64,000 bases of DNA from Nitrospirota bacterium (GTDB lineage Bacteria > Nitrospirota > Nitrospiria > JACQBW01), in contig JACQBW010000008.1 of the NCBI GenBank assembly GCA_016194305.1, positions 85,684 to 149,683 on the forward strand. Direction: 5' to 3'. The position numbers and the translations under genes were made by a program. Below the pieces are notes generated by a model. That model saw only the letters and a list, made by a program, of their open reading frames with translations, was not told the DNA's origin and did not search any database. Positions 8,061-17,801 of this stretch are shown here, piece after piece. Every line of letters starts with the position of its first letter. Within the stretch, counting starts at the first letter, position 1.

Positions 8061-9710
8061 ATGTCCAGCATTTCGAATATTTTCAACATAGGCGTCTCGG
8101 CACTGCTGGCGAATCAGAATGCGTTGGCGATTACCTCCAATAATATTGCTAACGTCAATACGCCGGGATATTCCAAAGAAACCGCATTTTTTAATGAGAC
8201 GACCCCAGTCAACGGTAATCCTGGTCAAATAGGAACGGGCGTTCAAATTGCCCAGATACAGAGAATGGTTAATCAGTTTCTCAATAATCAGGTGACGCAG
8301 GAGCAATCGAGTCTAGGTCAATACGACATTATGCAGAGCACTCTTTCGAACGTTCAGAGTTTTTTCAGCGACAGTCAGGGAACGGGTATTAATCAAGCCC
8401 TATCCGATTTCTTCAATGCTTTTCAGGATGTATCAAACAATCCCCAATCCCTCCCGGCGCGTCAGGCACTGATTCAAAAGGGAAATATACTTTCACAGAT
8501 TTTCAGTAACACCAGTGCCAACTTGACGCAGATTGAGAATAATCTGAATAGCCAGATCAGCGGAGCGATCAACGATGCAAATGCTTTGGCGGGAGAAATC
8601 GCCGGATTAAATGGTCAAATTGCCCGTGCTCAACTTTCAGGGCAATCTCCCAATGCACTGCTTGACCAGAGAGATCAGTATCTCAATCAGTTGGCTTCCA
8701 AGTTAAATATTAGTACCTTTGTTGATGCCTCTGGCCAGGTCACGGTCATGGTGGGAGGAGGGAATCCGCTTGTAGAAGGAAATACTGCCCACTCTTTAAC
8801 GGGAGTAGCCAATCCGGACAATTCCGGATATTTCGATGTGGCCTATGCGCCGGCGAATGGGACTCCGATTACATTGAACGGATCGATTACCGGCGGCAAT
8901 ATCAAAGGACTTCTTGATTTAAGAGACACGACGGTGTCGGGAGACCTTACCCAGTTAGATATTCTAGCGGCTGGAATTATTAATGAAGTCAATCAACAGC
9001 ACCAGGCGGGCTACGGGCTGGACGGAACCACCGGAAATCTCTTCTTTTCTCCCCTTTTGCCCAATGCGACCGCTTTGAGTACGAATGCCGGAACAGCAGT
9101 TGTGACTGCATCGGTTGTGACCCCGGCATCGTTGACTTTTAATCCCTATCAGCTCACTTTCTCCGGCGGGAATTATACTTTGACCAATACGGTGAGTGGA
9201 GCCTCCACATCGGCCGCTTACGGAGGCGCGACAACCGTCACTTTCGAGGGATTTCAGATCGCCATCGGTGCGGGAGCGGCAAATGGAGATATTTTCAATC
9301 TCAGTGAAACCCAGGGGGTCTCGGTGAGCATGACGGTTTCACTGACCGATCCCAATAAGGTTGCCGCGGCATCCGCTCTGGCTGGACTTCCCGGAGATAA
9401 CGGGAATGCGCTTTTTCTCTCCGGAATATCCGGAAAGGCGATTACGGCGTTTGCCGGCGAGACGGTTCAAGGATATTATAGTAATCTAACGGGAACCATC
9501 GGATTGCAGGCACAATCCGCGCAGAGGAATTTTTCTGCGGAAAAGATTTTGAAAGGCCAATTGTTTAGCCAACAGCAAGAGGTTTCGGGCGTTTCACTCG
9601 ACGAAGAGATGTCGAATCTGATCAATTTTCAAAATGCCTATGCAGCCTCTGCCAAACTGATTACGATGGCCGACGAAATTTTTCAAACCTTGATTGCTAT
9701 GAAACATTAA
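8061..9710 (+). CDS. flgK: Flagellar hook-associated protein FlgK
   Basis: SNNIANVNTPGYS, GTGV, C-terminal SGVSLDEEM.NL..FQ.AY.ASAK. Confidence 0.95.
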   Translation: MSSISNIFNIGVSALLANQNALAITSNNIANVNTPGYSKETAFFNETTPVNGNPGQIGTGVQIAQIQRMVNQFLNNQVTQEQSSLGQYDIMQSTLSNVQSFFSDSQGTGINQALSDFFNAFQDVSNNPQSLPARQALIQKGNILSQIFSNTSANLTQIENNLNSQISGAINDANALAGEIAGLNGQIARAQLSGQSPNALLDQRDQYLNQLASKLNISTFVDASGQVTVMVGGGNPLVEGNTAHSLTGVANPDNSGYFDVAYAPANGTPITLNGSITGGNIKGLLDLRDTTVSGDLTQLDILAAGIINEVNQQHQAGYGLDGTTGNLFFSPLLPNATALSTNAGTAVVTASVVTPASLTFNPYQLTFSGGNYTLTNTVSGASTSAAYGGATTVTFEGFQIAIGAGAANGDIFNLSETQGVSVSMTVSLTDPNKVAAASALAGLPGDNGNALFLSGISGKAITAFAGETVQGYYSNLTGTIGLQAQSAQRNFSAEKILKGQLFSQQQEVSGVSLDEEMSNLINFQNAYAASAKLITMADEIFQTLIAMKH

Positions 9711-9719
9711 CGAGGGACC

Positions 9720-10601
9720 ATGCGGGTTACCAATCAGATTATTTACGACAACTTAATCGAGTATCTTCAGAGAAATAACGATGCACTTTTCCGGCCTCAG
9801 CAGGAGATTGCCACAGGGAAAAAGATAATTCTGCCATCGGATGATCCTCAGGGTAATTCTCAGGTGGTTAATCTTGATGCGATGGGAGGAAAACTCAATC
9901 AATATTTGACGAACCAGAATGTGGCACAGAGTTTTATGGAAGCAACGAATACCGTATTGGATGAAGCTTCTAAAATCCTGGCAGATATCAAGAATGTTGC
10001 ACTGAACGCCGCTTCAGGCTTAAGTTCTCAAAATCAACAATACGATTCAACACTCCTTGCCGCGGATTTACAATCTCTTCTTGATGTGGCCAACACCCAG
10101 TATCAAGGAGAGTATCTTTTTGCCGGATTTAAAAATGATACTTCTGCATATAATAATGCCGGGGTCTACCAAGGGGATGGAGGGCAGATAGGGGTGCAGA
10201 TTGCACCGGGAGCTACGATTCAAAGAAATCTTGCGGGACAGGATGTTTTTGGCACCTCGGCGGGAGGGGTCGATATTTTCGCTACAATCCAGGCGCTTCA
10301 AACGGCAATTACAGGGAATAATTTGGCTGGAGTTCAGGCGACGATATCTGCTCTTGATTCGGCGCGGAAGCAGATTCTAAATAGCCAGGGAATCTTAGCG
10401 ACCCGTGTGACAAATCTCCAAACGACCCGAGATTATGTCAAGAGACTTTCGGAGACAACCACAAACCTTCTATCCCAAACTCAAAGTGTCGATATGAACG
10501 CCGTCATTACGGAGCTTAATCAGCAGATGACCTCACTGCAGGCGGTTCAGGCGATGGCTTCAAAAGTCATGAATCTTAGCCTCGTCAATTTTCTGAAATA
10601 A
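9720..10601 (+). CDS. flgL: Flagellar hook-associated protein FlgL
   Basis: MRVT, TGKKI..PSDDP, YLFAG, YQGD, C-terminal SLVNFLK. Confidence 0.93.
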   Translation: MRVTNQIIYDNLIEYLQRNNDALFRPQQEIATGKKIILPSDDPQGNSQVVNLDAMGGKLNQYLTNQNVAQSFMEATNTVLDEASKILADIKNVALNAASGLSSQNQQYDSTLLAADLQSLLDVANTQYQGEYLFAGFKNDTSAYNNAGVYQGDGGQIGVQIAPGATIQRNLAGQDVFGTSAGGVDIFATIQALQTAITGNNLAGVQATISALDSARKQILNSQGILATRVTNLQTTRDYVKRLSETTTNLLSQTQSVDMNAVITELNQQMTSLQAVQAMASKVMNLSLVNFLK

Positions 10602-10717
10602 AATAGGTTCTCCTTTTCTATCGTCATATTTCCTTCATGCTGTGACAACTTCATGACGCTTTAAAGCTCAATTCTCTTTTTCCCCCTCATTATTGATTAG
10701 GATTAACTTAAAAGTAC

Positions 10718-10734
10718 TTGGCAAGGTATTTGCA
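10718..10734 (+). promoter_or_regulatory. sigma54 promoter of the glycosyltransferase pair
   Basis: TTGGCAAGGTATTTGCA, GG-N10-GC. Confidence 0.8.
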
Positions 10735-10804
10735 TAACTACTATACGAGTTCAAGAAATAATGGAGTGTTGAATGCCAATACGAATAGAGGGTGAACCGT
10801 ACTT

Positions 10805-13408
10805 ATGAAAATTAAATCCAGAAACACACTTTCTTGCACGTGCGGAAGTGGTAAGAAATTTAAAAAATGTTGCGGAGCAATCCAAAAGAATGTGACAGAA
10901 ACCGGGACTGACTTAGAGATATCTGAAAAATTCAAAAATGCAATCGTCTATCATCAAGCAGGAGAATTGGATAAAGCGGAAGCGTTTTACAGGGAAATAC
11001 TGGAGGCAGATCCGCGACAACCGGATGTCCTTTTTAATCTCGGAGGCATTTGTGAAGGAAAGGGCGAACTGGGTAAAGCAAAGTCCTTTTATGAAAAAGT
11101 CCTTGAGAATAGACCTGACTACTATACCGTATATAACAATTTGGGGGCTGTTTATTACAAGGAAGAAAGTTATTTAGAAGCGCGGAGTTATTACGAAAAG
11201 GCCCTGTCGTTTAAACCTGATTTTGCCGAAGCTTGGAACAATCTCGGTATGGTATTTAAATCAGAGGGAAAGTTCAAGGAGGCCGAAGAATTCATTAAGA
11301 AGGCGATCTTTCTCAAGCCTGACTATGCCGATGCGTATAACAATTTGGGTGCAACCTATTTAGGACACGGAGATAGGAGCAAGAAGGAAACAGCGATAGC
11401 CTGTTTAGAAAAGGCAATAAAGATAAATCCCCGTCACGCCGGAGCGTACAATAATATTGGAAATATTTTAAGATTTGATGAAAGGCTCGAAGAGGCAGAA
11501 TCTTATTATTTAAAGGCAATCACAATTGACCCTAAGTTTCCCGATGCCTACTCCAATTTGGGAAATATTTACGAGCTTCAGGGAAGGGCTGAGGAGGCGG
11601 TTGAGAAATATAGAAAGACACTTGAACTGGCACCGAAACATGTCATTGCTCAGAGCAATCTTCTTCTTGCTCTAAACTATTCAGAAACTAGCGTTCCCAG
11701 TGCAGTCTACTCTGAACACCTTCTTTTCGAAAAGAATTTCGGGGAACAATTTAAGTCGGAAACGAAGCCTTATCTGAACGATCTTTCTCCGGATCGGAAA
11801 TTAAAAATCGGTTATATTTCTCCCGATTTCAGGACTCATTCGGTGGCGTACTTCATCGAGCCGGTCCTGGCCAATCACGACAGTCAGAAATTTGAGATTA
11901 TCGGTTATTCCAACAGTCAGGCATGGGATCAAATGACCAGGCAACTTCATTCTTATGTTGACAAATGGCGCAATATTTCGGGCATTCCGGTCCATATCGT
12001 AGACGAAATGATCAGAATGGATCAGATTGATATCTTAATTGACTTGAGCGGACATACGGCAGGAAACCGACTGCTTGTTTTTGCCCGGAAACCCGCCCCC
12101 GTTCAGGTAACATGGCTTGGCTATCCCAATACCACTGGTTTAAGGACGATGGATTATCGAATTACCGATCGTTTTGCAGATCCAGTCGGCGTGGCGGAAC
12201 AATTTCATACAGAACAACTCATCAGGCTCCCTAAATCATTTTCATGTTATCGACCGCCAGACGAAGGGCTAGAAGTGGAAGATACTCCGGCCATAGAAAA
12301 TGGATTTATTACATTTGGTTCATTTAATAATTTTTCCAAAGTTACACTGAGAGTTATTCAGTTGTGGGCTAAGGTTTTAAGATCTGTTCCTGATTCTCGC
12401 CTGATTTTGAAAACCGGTGGATTAAATGAAAAAAGTCTAAGAGACAGGGTCTACGATCAATTTGCATCTATGGGAGTCTCAGCCAATAGACTTGAGTTAT
12501 TGGGAAGAGACGCCTCACGGGAGGAACATTTTAGACAATATCGCCGTCTGGATATCGGATTGGATCCTTTTCCCTATAACGGGACGACGACAATTTGCGA
12601 GTCACTTTGGATGGGAGTGCCGGTGGTGACTCTTGAAGGACAAACGCATGCCGGCCGTGTGGGGGTGAGTCTTATGAATACCCTGGAGCTGACCGAATTA
12701 ATCGCCCGATCGGAAAACGAATATGTGGATATTTGTGTGCGTCTTGCAAATGACCTGGTGCAATTAAGTCAGTTACGGGCGGGGATGCGCTCGAGGATGA
12801 AGGCTTCTCCTTTAATGAATGAGAAGGAGTTTACTCAATACCTGGAAGACGCATACAGAAATATCTGGAAAGATTATGTGCGAAGACAGGGCCTGATGTC
12901 TGAGCGTTCTGAAATGAAAAATGTGGCTGATCCTGAAGTCAATGTCAGGATAGACGAGGCTCAAAATCTCCTGAAAGAAGGACGTTTAGACCAGGCAGAA
13001 ATTCTTTATCGGGAAATCTTGACGAACCACTCAAAGAATCCAACCGTGCTCCATGACCTGGGAATTGTTGCGTTCCATAAAGGACAATTGGCCCGGGCCG
13101 CGGATTTCTTTATCAAAGCATTGGCATTTAAGCCCGATTATGCCACCGCTTATAATAATCTTGGTGCGGTCTGTGATGAAATGGGGCGCCAGGAAGATGC
13201 CAAGGCGTGTTATGAGATGTCGCTGGTCTTGGTGCCGAATTATGCCGAAGCCCACCACAATCTGGGAGTACTGTACAAGAAACAGGGAATCATCAATATG
13301 GCGATGGACTTTTTCCAGAAGGCTCTGGATTTAAATCCCGAATATCTTGAAGCACGCAAGAATATAGAAGAGTTAAAGAGGATGACATCGGAGCCCTCAT
13401 CCGTTTGA
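10805..13408 (+). CDS. SEC-C + TPR + GT41 (O-GlcNAc transferase/SPINDLY-like) protein with an extra C-terminal TPR module
   Basis: CTCGSGKKFKKCC; many NNLG TPRs; KIGYISPDFRTHSV, DLSGHT, KPAPVQVTWLGYPNTTG, DPFPYNGTTT.CESLWMGVPV. Confidence 0.9.
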   Translation: MKIKSRNTLSCTCGSGKKFKKCCGAIQKNVTETGTDLEISEKFKNAIVYHQAGELDKAEAFYREILEADPRQPDVLFNLGGICEGKGELGKAKSFYEKVLENRPDYYTVYNNLGAVYYKEESYLEARSYYEKALSFKPDFAEAWNNLGMVFKSEGKFKEAEEFIKKAIFLKPDYADAYNNLGATYLGHGDRSKKETAIACLEKAIKINPRHAGAYNNIGNILRFDERLEEAESYYLKAITIDPKFPDAYSNLGNIYELQGRAEEAVEKYRKTLELAPKHVIAQSNLLLALNYSETSVPSAVYSEHLLFEKNFGEQFKSETKPYLNDLSPDRKLKIGYISPDFRTHSVAYFIEPVLANHDSQKFEIIGYSNSQAWDQMTRQLHSYVDKWRNISGIPVHIVDEMIRMDQIDILIDLSGHTAGNRLLVFARKPAPVQVTWLGYPNTTGLRTMDYRITDRFADPVGVAEQFHTEQLIRLPKSFSCYRPPDEGLEVEDTPAIENGFITFGSFNNFSKVTLRVIQLWAKVLRSVPDSRLILKTGGLNEKSLRDRVYDQFASMGVSANRLELLGRDASREEHFRQYRRLDIGLDPFPYNGTTTICESLWMGVPVVTLEGQTHAGRVGVSLMNTLELTELIARSENEYVDICVRLANDLVQLSQLRAGMRSRMKASPLMNEKEFTQYLEDAYRNIWKDYVRRQGLMSERSEMKNVADPEVNVRIDEAQNLLKEGRLDQAEILYREILTNHSKNPTVLHDLGIVAFHKGQLARAADFFIKALAFKPDYATAYNNLGAVCDEMGRQEDAKACYEMSLVLVPNYAEAHHNLGVLYKKQGIINMAMDFFQKALDLNPEYLEARKNIEELKRMTSEPSSV

Positions 13409-13426
13409 AATAATAAGGAGTTTAGG

Positions 13427-16400
13427 ATGGAAAGATGGCAATTAAGGACCCCAGTCGCTTTTATGATATTCAATCGACCTGATACGACCCAATTCGTGTT
13501 CGAGGAGATTCGTAAATCAAAACCACCCAAGCTGTTAGTCATTGCTGACGGTCCACGTCCCGGGAAACCAGACGAAGCAGAGAAATGTCGTGCGGCAAGA
13601 GCAATTATTCAGCGCATCGACTGGAAATGCGAAGTATTAACAAACTACTCTGATATCAATTTAGGTTGCAAGAGACGCGTCTCAACCGGTTTGGATTGGG
13701 TTTTTGAATTGGTAGAGGAGGCGATAGTACTGGAAGATGATTGTCTCCCTGAACCCAGCTTCTTTCGATTTTGTGAAGATCTGCTCAAAAAATATCGTCA
13801 TGATGAACGGATTGCCCAAATCAGCGGGGATAATTTTCAATTTGGAGAGAACGGGACCGAATACAGTTATTATTTCTCGAGAATTAATCATTTGTGGGGA
13901 TGGGCCTCTTGGCGAAGAGCCTGGAAAAAGCATGATGTATCGATGTCGAAATGGCCTGAAGTAAAGAGCAAGACAGGTTTAATTGACTGGCTTGGAAATC
14001 GGGAACTGGCCAATTTCTGGGAAGGGGCATTTGATAGCGCTTTCCTGGGAAAGATCGATACCTGGGATTTTCAATGGGTTTTCTCTTCCTGGTTGCATAA
14101 CATGTTAACGATTCTCCCCAATCAGAATTTAATTTCAAATATCGGTTTCAGGGAGGACGCCACCCACACCAAAGGTCAGAGCCTGTTTGCGAACATGAAG
14201 ACAGCTCCAGTTCTTTTTCCTCTCAAGCACCCTCCGGAGATTATTCGAAATGTTGCAGCGGATTCTTTTACCGAAAGGATGATGTTTCTCCCGAAAGCAC
14301 CGGTTCAAATGGAGTCGAATCCAAAATCGGATTCTCCTGTGGTCTGTAAAGTCTGTTCATCTAGATCAAGATTCCTAAAAAATGCATCCATGTTAAAGGT
14401 TCACTTGGTAGATTATTTTAAATGTGAAAACTGCGGATTTATTCAGACAGAAGAGCCATTTTGGTTAAATGAGGCTTATTCCAGTGCAATTACGAGCAGT
14501 GATACGGGTCTGGTGAGAAGAAATATTGAGCTTTCGAAAATGTCGAAATTGATTTTATCTAATTGTTTTGAGAAAAACGCCCAATTTGTCGATTATGGCG
14601 GAGGATACGGTCTTTTTGTCCGTTTGATGAGGGACTATGGTTTTGATTTCTACTGGATTGACCAACATTGTCCAAATCTTTTTGCCAAGAACTTTGAAGC
14701 AGATTGCCAAAACGGGAAGCGGTACGAGGTATTGACGGCATTTGAAGTTTTTGAACATCTGGTTAATCCCATGGATGAGATAGAAAAAATGCTGAAACTT
14801 TCAAATACCATTTTCTTTAGCACAGAACTGATTCCCTCTCATCATCCGAAACCGGGAGAATGGTGGTATTTTGGGCTTGAGCATGGCCAGCATATCTCTT
14901 TCTATACTCTGAGAACTTTGGATGCGATTGCCAGAAAATTTAATCTGAACCTCTATTCTAATGGGACTTCGCTACACATCTTAACGGACAAAAATCTTAA
15001 AGGTCCCTTGGAGTTTTCCGAGGGGATCTGGAAATCATTGCAAAGTCATGATATTGAGTGGTATGGACCTCACCGGATGGACAAGATTGTATTGGGCGTA
15101 TCCGGAGGAAACGAAACTCTCCAAAGTGTTCAAGCCATAATTCATTCCGCACGAACCTTTCTTCAGAATGGACACCTCGATGAGGCAGAAAAAATCTACA
15201 GAGACATTCTGAATGTGCATTCTCAAAACAGCGAAGTTTTGCATGATCTTGGAATTATTGCATTTCAAAAAGGCAAACTTGTTTCGGCATCCGATTACTT
15301 TCTTAAGGCCTTAAATATAAAACCCGATTTTGCAATAGCCCATAATAATCTGGGGGTTGTCTTGAATGAAATGGGGAAGAAGGAAGAGGCTAAAATCTGT
15401 TATGAAGTGGCTATTTCTTTAAAACCGGATTACGCAGAAGCTTATTTTAACCGAGGCATGATTTCCAGAGATCAGGGCCGTCATGACGAAGCGATGATCT
15501 CATTTCAAAAGGCAGTCGGGTTTAAGTCGGACTATGTTGAAGCACTCAAAGAACTGGAAGAATTAAAAAAGAAAGTTCAAAGTCCGAGATTGCTAAAACC
15601 AGTGCCGGCGATAAGTCCGGGCATGGATCCGGGTTTGAAAAAAAGAATGGCTTTTGTGGATTTGGCCTTTCATCAAAGAACAAAAAGCACGCTGGAATTG
15701 ATTGAGGTTTTCCAACGCCATTTCCAGGTCGACATATACTGGGACAGCGGAAATCTTGATTTTCAGCAGATTGCCAGACAAAGCTATGATACGGTCGTTT
15801 TTTTTCAAAAGATCTATGGGATGAGGAAATTAGATTCGCTTAACGCTAAAAATATTATTTTTATCCCGATGTATGATGATGTGATGGGAATCACAGATGC
15901 ATACTGGAGGCAGTTTGGTCATGTTCAGTTCCTTAGTTTCTCAAGAACGCTTCATGAGAAACTTCTTCACCTGGGGTTAAGATCTCGGCATATTCAATAT
16001 CATGTTCCATCCCCAAAGCTTCCAAGTCCAGAGCCGTCCTGTAAGGGCCTCTCCGGGTTTTTCTGGCAAAGGACCAACTATATCCGGTGGAGTACGATCA
16101 AGATCCTGATTCAGAATGTTTCGATTGAAAAATTTCACCTCCACTCCGCGGTCGATCCCCCGAACCATGTTTTTGAAAAACCTTCAGATGAAGATATCAA
16201 AAAATACAGCATCACCATCAGTGATTGGTTTCCCGGAAAGGAGGAGTATTTGACTCTCGTTGCCTCCGCCAAACTTTTCTTTGCCCCAAGGCCCTTCGAG
16301 GGAATAGGGATGTCTTTCCTGGAGGCTATGGCCATGGGAAAATGTGTGATTGCCCCGGATCTACCCACGATGAATGAATACATTCAGGATGGCGAAAATG

Positions 16401-16549
16401 GTCTTTTGTATGACCCGAAAAATCCCGTTCCCCTTGATTTTAGGCAGGCTGATAATATAGGAATGAAGGCGAGAGTTTCGGCTGAAGAAGGGTATCGTAC
16501 CTGGAAAGAGGCCGAAAAAGGTTTAATTCAATTTATAACGGATCCGTAA
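13427..16549 (+). CDS. Multidomain fusion: GT-A glycosyltransferase + class I SAM methyltransferase + TPR + GT-B (GT4-like) glycosyltransferase
   Basis: FNRPD..ADGPR..NLGC..LEDDC..WGWASW; CKVC/CENC, DYGGGYG, AFEVFEH; TPRs; EGIGMSFLEAMAMG..NEYI.DG.NG. Confidence 0.85.
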   Translation: MERWQLRTPVAFMIFNRPDTTQFVFEEIRKSKPPKLLVIADGPRPGKPDEAEKCRAARAIIQRIDWKCEVLTNYSDINLGCKRRVSTGLDWVFELVEEAIVLEDDCLPEPSFFRFCEDLLKKYRHDERIAQISGDNFQFGENGTEYSYYFSRINHLWGWASWRRAWKKHDVSMSKWPEVKSKTGLIDWLGNRELANFWEGAFDSAFLGKIDTWDFQWVFSSWLHNMLTILPNQNLISNIGFREDATHTKGQSLFANMKTAPVLFPLKHPPEIIRNVAADSFTERMMFLPKAPVQMESNPKSDSPVVCKVCSSRSRFLKNASMLKVHLVDYFKCENCGFIQTEEPFWLNEAYSSAITSSDTGLVRRNIELSKMSKLILSNCFEKNAQFVDYGGGYGLFVRLMRDYGFDFYWIDQHCPNLFAKNFEADCQNGKRYEVLTAFEVFEHLVNPMDEIEKMLKLSNTIFFSTELIPSHHPKPGEWWYFGLEHGQHISFYTLRTLDAIARKFNLNLYSNGTSLHILTDKNLKGPLEFSEGIWKSLQSHDIEWYGPHRMDKIVLGVSGGNETLQSVQAIIHSARTFLQNGHLDEAEKIYRDILNVHSQNSEVLHDLGIIAFQKGKLVSASDYFLKALNIKPDFAIAHNNLGVVLNEMGKKEEAKICYEVAISLKPDYAEAYFNRGMISRDQGRHDEAMISFQKAVGFKSDYVEALKELEELKKKVQSPRLLKPVPAISPGMDPGLKKRMAFVDLAFHQRTKSTLELIEVFQRHFQVDIYWDSGNLDFQQIARQSYDTVVFFQKIYGMRKLDSLNAKNIIFIPMYDDVMGITDAYWRQFGHVQFLSFSRTLHEKLLHLGLRSRHIQYHVPSPKLPSPEPSCKGLSGFFWQRTNYIRWSTIKILIQNVSIEKFHLHSAVDPPNHVFEKPSDEDIKKYSITISDWFPGKEEYLTLVASAKLFFAPRPFEGIGMSFLEAMAMGKCVIAPDLPTMNEYIQDGENGLLYDPKNPVPLDFRQADNIGMKARVSAEEGYRTWKEAEKGLIQFITDP

Positions 16550-16618
16550 AAGAAGATTAAGAAAGAAAGTAGATCATAACTTATTGAAATTATTATGTTT
16601 AGTATTTTAAAATTCGGC

Positions 16619-16646
16619 TAAAGTTTCTCAGGGGTTTCTCCGATAA
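16619..16646 (+). promoter_or_regulatory. sigma28 promoter of flagellin
   Basis: TAAAGTTT-N12-TCCGATAA, same geometry as the flgM promoter. Confidence 0.8.
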
Positions 16647-16792
16647 GTATTGTTGAGGCAGAAGATCAAGATCGGAAATGAGGTGAAAGCTAGAAAAAGA
16701 GATAGATCGAATGCCTTGTTTTTGAACAAAAATACTTAATGAACCCAAATTGGCGAGAATTGCCAATTCAATCCTAGAAAAGGAGAAACACC

Positions 16793-17740
16793 ATGGCAGA
16801 TATTTCATTAACCGCTGGTATGCGGGCGTCGGTTCTTTCGTTAGAGACAACGTCTTCGTTATTTGATACGACCCAATTACGGTTATCTACCGGACGAGCA
16901 GTCAACTCGGCATTGGACGATCCGATCAAATATTTTTCGGCTCAGAATAATAATTTTACGGCAAGTGGTTTAAACAATCTTAAATCAAGCATGAACGAAG
17001 CGTTACAGGTGGTGTCGGCTGCCAACAATGGTATCACCGCTGTGACCTCCTTAATCAAAAACGCAATCGCCATTGCTCAACAGGCTCAAGCGGCGTCTGC
17101 GACGGATTATACAACTCAGGCCACGCTCCTGACCCAATATATCGGGATTTTGAGCCAGATCAACTTCGCCGGTGCGGATTCGAAATACGGCGGGAAAGAT
17201 TTGATCAATAATGGAACGGCATATAGTTCCTCTACCGCGACAGCTTCAGACAGTGTGACGGTGACTTTCAGCACAACCAACACCAACTCCGCCATTACCA
17301 TTTCAGGTGTCGATTCCACGATTGTAGGTCTTGGCCTATCAGTTGGAGGTTTTACGCTTGCAACGGGGAATGAAACGACCGGAACGGGTGCGGTGACCAC
17401 AGGGGCAACCCTATCCTGGACCACAACCGCCAGCTCAAACAATAGCTGGGCGACTGCGGCGAATATATCGACAGATATTACGAAATTGAACAGCGCGTTA
17501 ACCACCCTTCAGACAACCGCAAAGACCCTATCGACCAGCAACGCGGTGATTCAGGCCAGAATCGATTTTACCGCCAATATGGTCAGTACCTTACAGCAAG
17601 GGTCTGATAAGCTGACACTGGCGGATATGAATCAGGAAGGAGCCAACATGTTGTCCCTGCAGACACAGCAGGCATTGGCTACAAACTCGATGAGATTGGC
17701 CTCTCAAGCCTCCCAGAGCGTCTTGAGATTATTCTCATAA
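16793..17740 (+). CDS. fliC: Flagellin (alphaproteobacterial-type termini, Ser/Thr-rich centre)
   Basis: ISLTAGMR..LSL, RLSTG.AVNSALDDP, LTLADMNQEGANMLSLQTQQ.L..SQSVLRLF. Confidence 0.9.
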   Translation: MADISLTAGMRASVLSLETTSSLFDTTQLRLSTGRAVNSALDDPIKYFSAQNNNFTASGLNNLKSSMNEALQVVSAANNGITAVTSLIKNAIAIAQQAQAASATDYTTQATLLTQYIGILSQINFAGADSKYGGKDLINNGTAYSSSTATASDSVTVTFSTTNTNSAITISGVDSTIVGLGLSVGGFTLATGNETTGTGAVTTGATLSWTTTASSNNSWATAANISTDITKLNSALTTLQTTAKTLSTSNAVIQARIDFTANMVSTLQQGSDKLTLADMNQEGANMLSLQTQQALATNSMRLASQASQSVLRLFS

Positions 17741-17752
17741 AACTAACTCTTG

Positions 17753-17790
17753 AATCAGGCGGGGGATTTTGTCCTCCGCCTGATTTATTT
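17753..17790 (+). terminator. Rho-independent terminator after flagellin
   Basis: AATCAGGCGGGGGA-loop-TCCTCCGCCTGATT followed by TATTT. Confidence 0.8.
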
Positions 17791-17801
17791 GGAGTTCTAA
17801 G

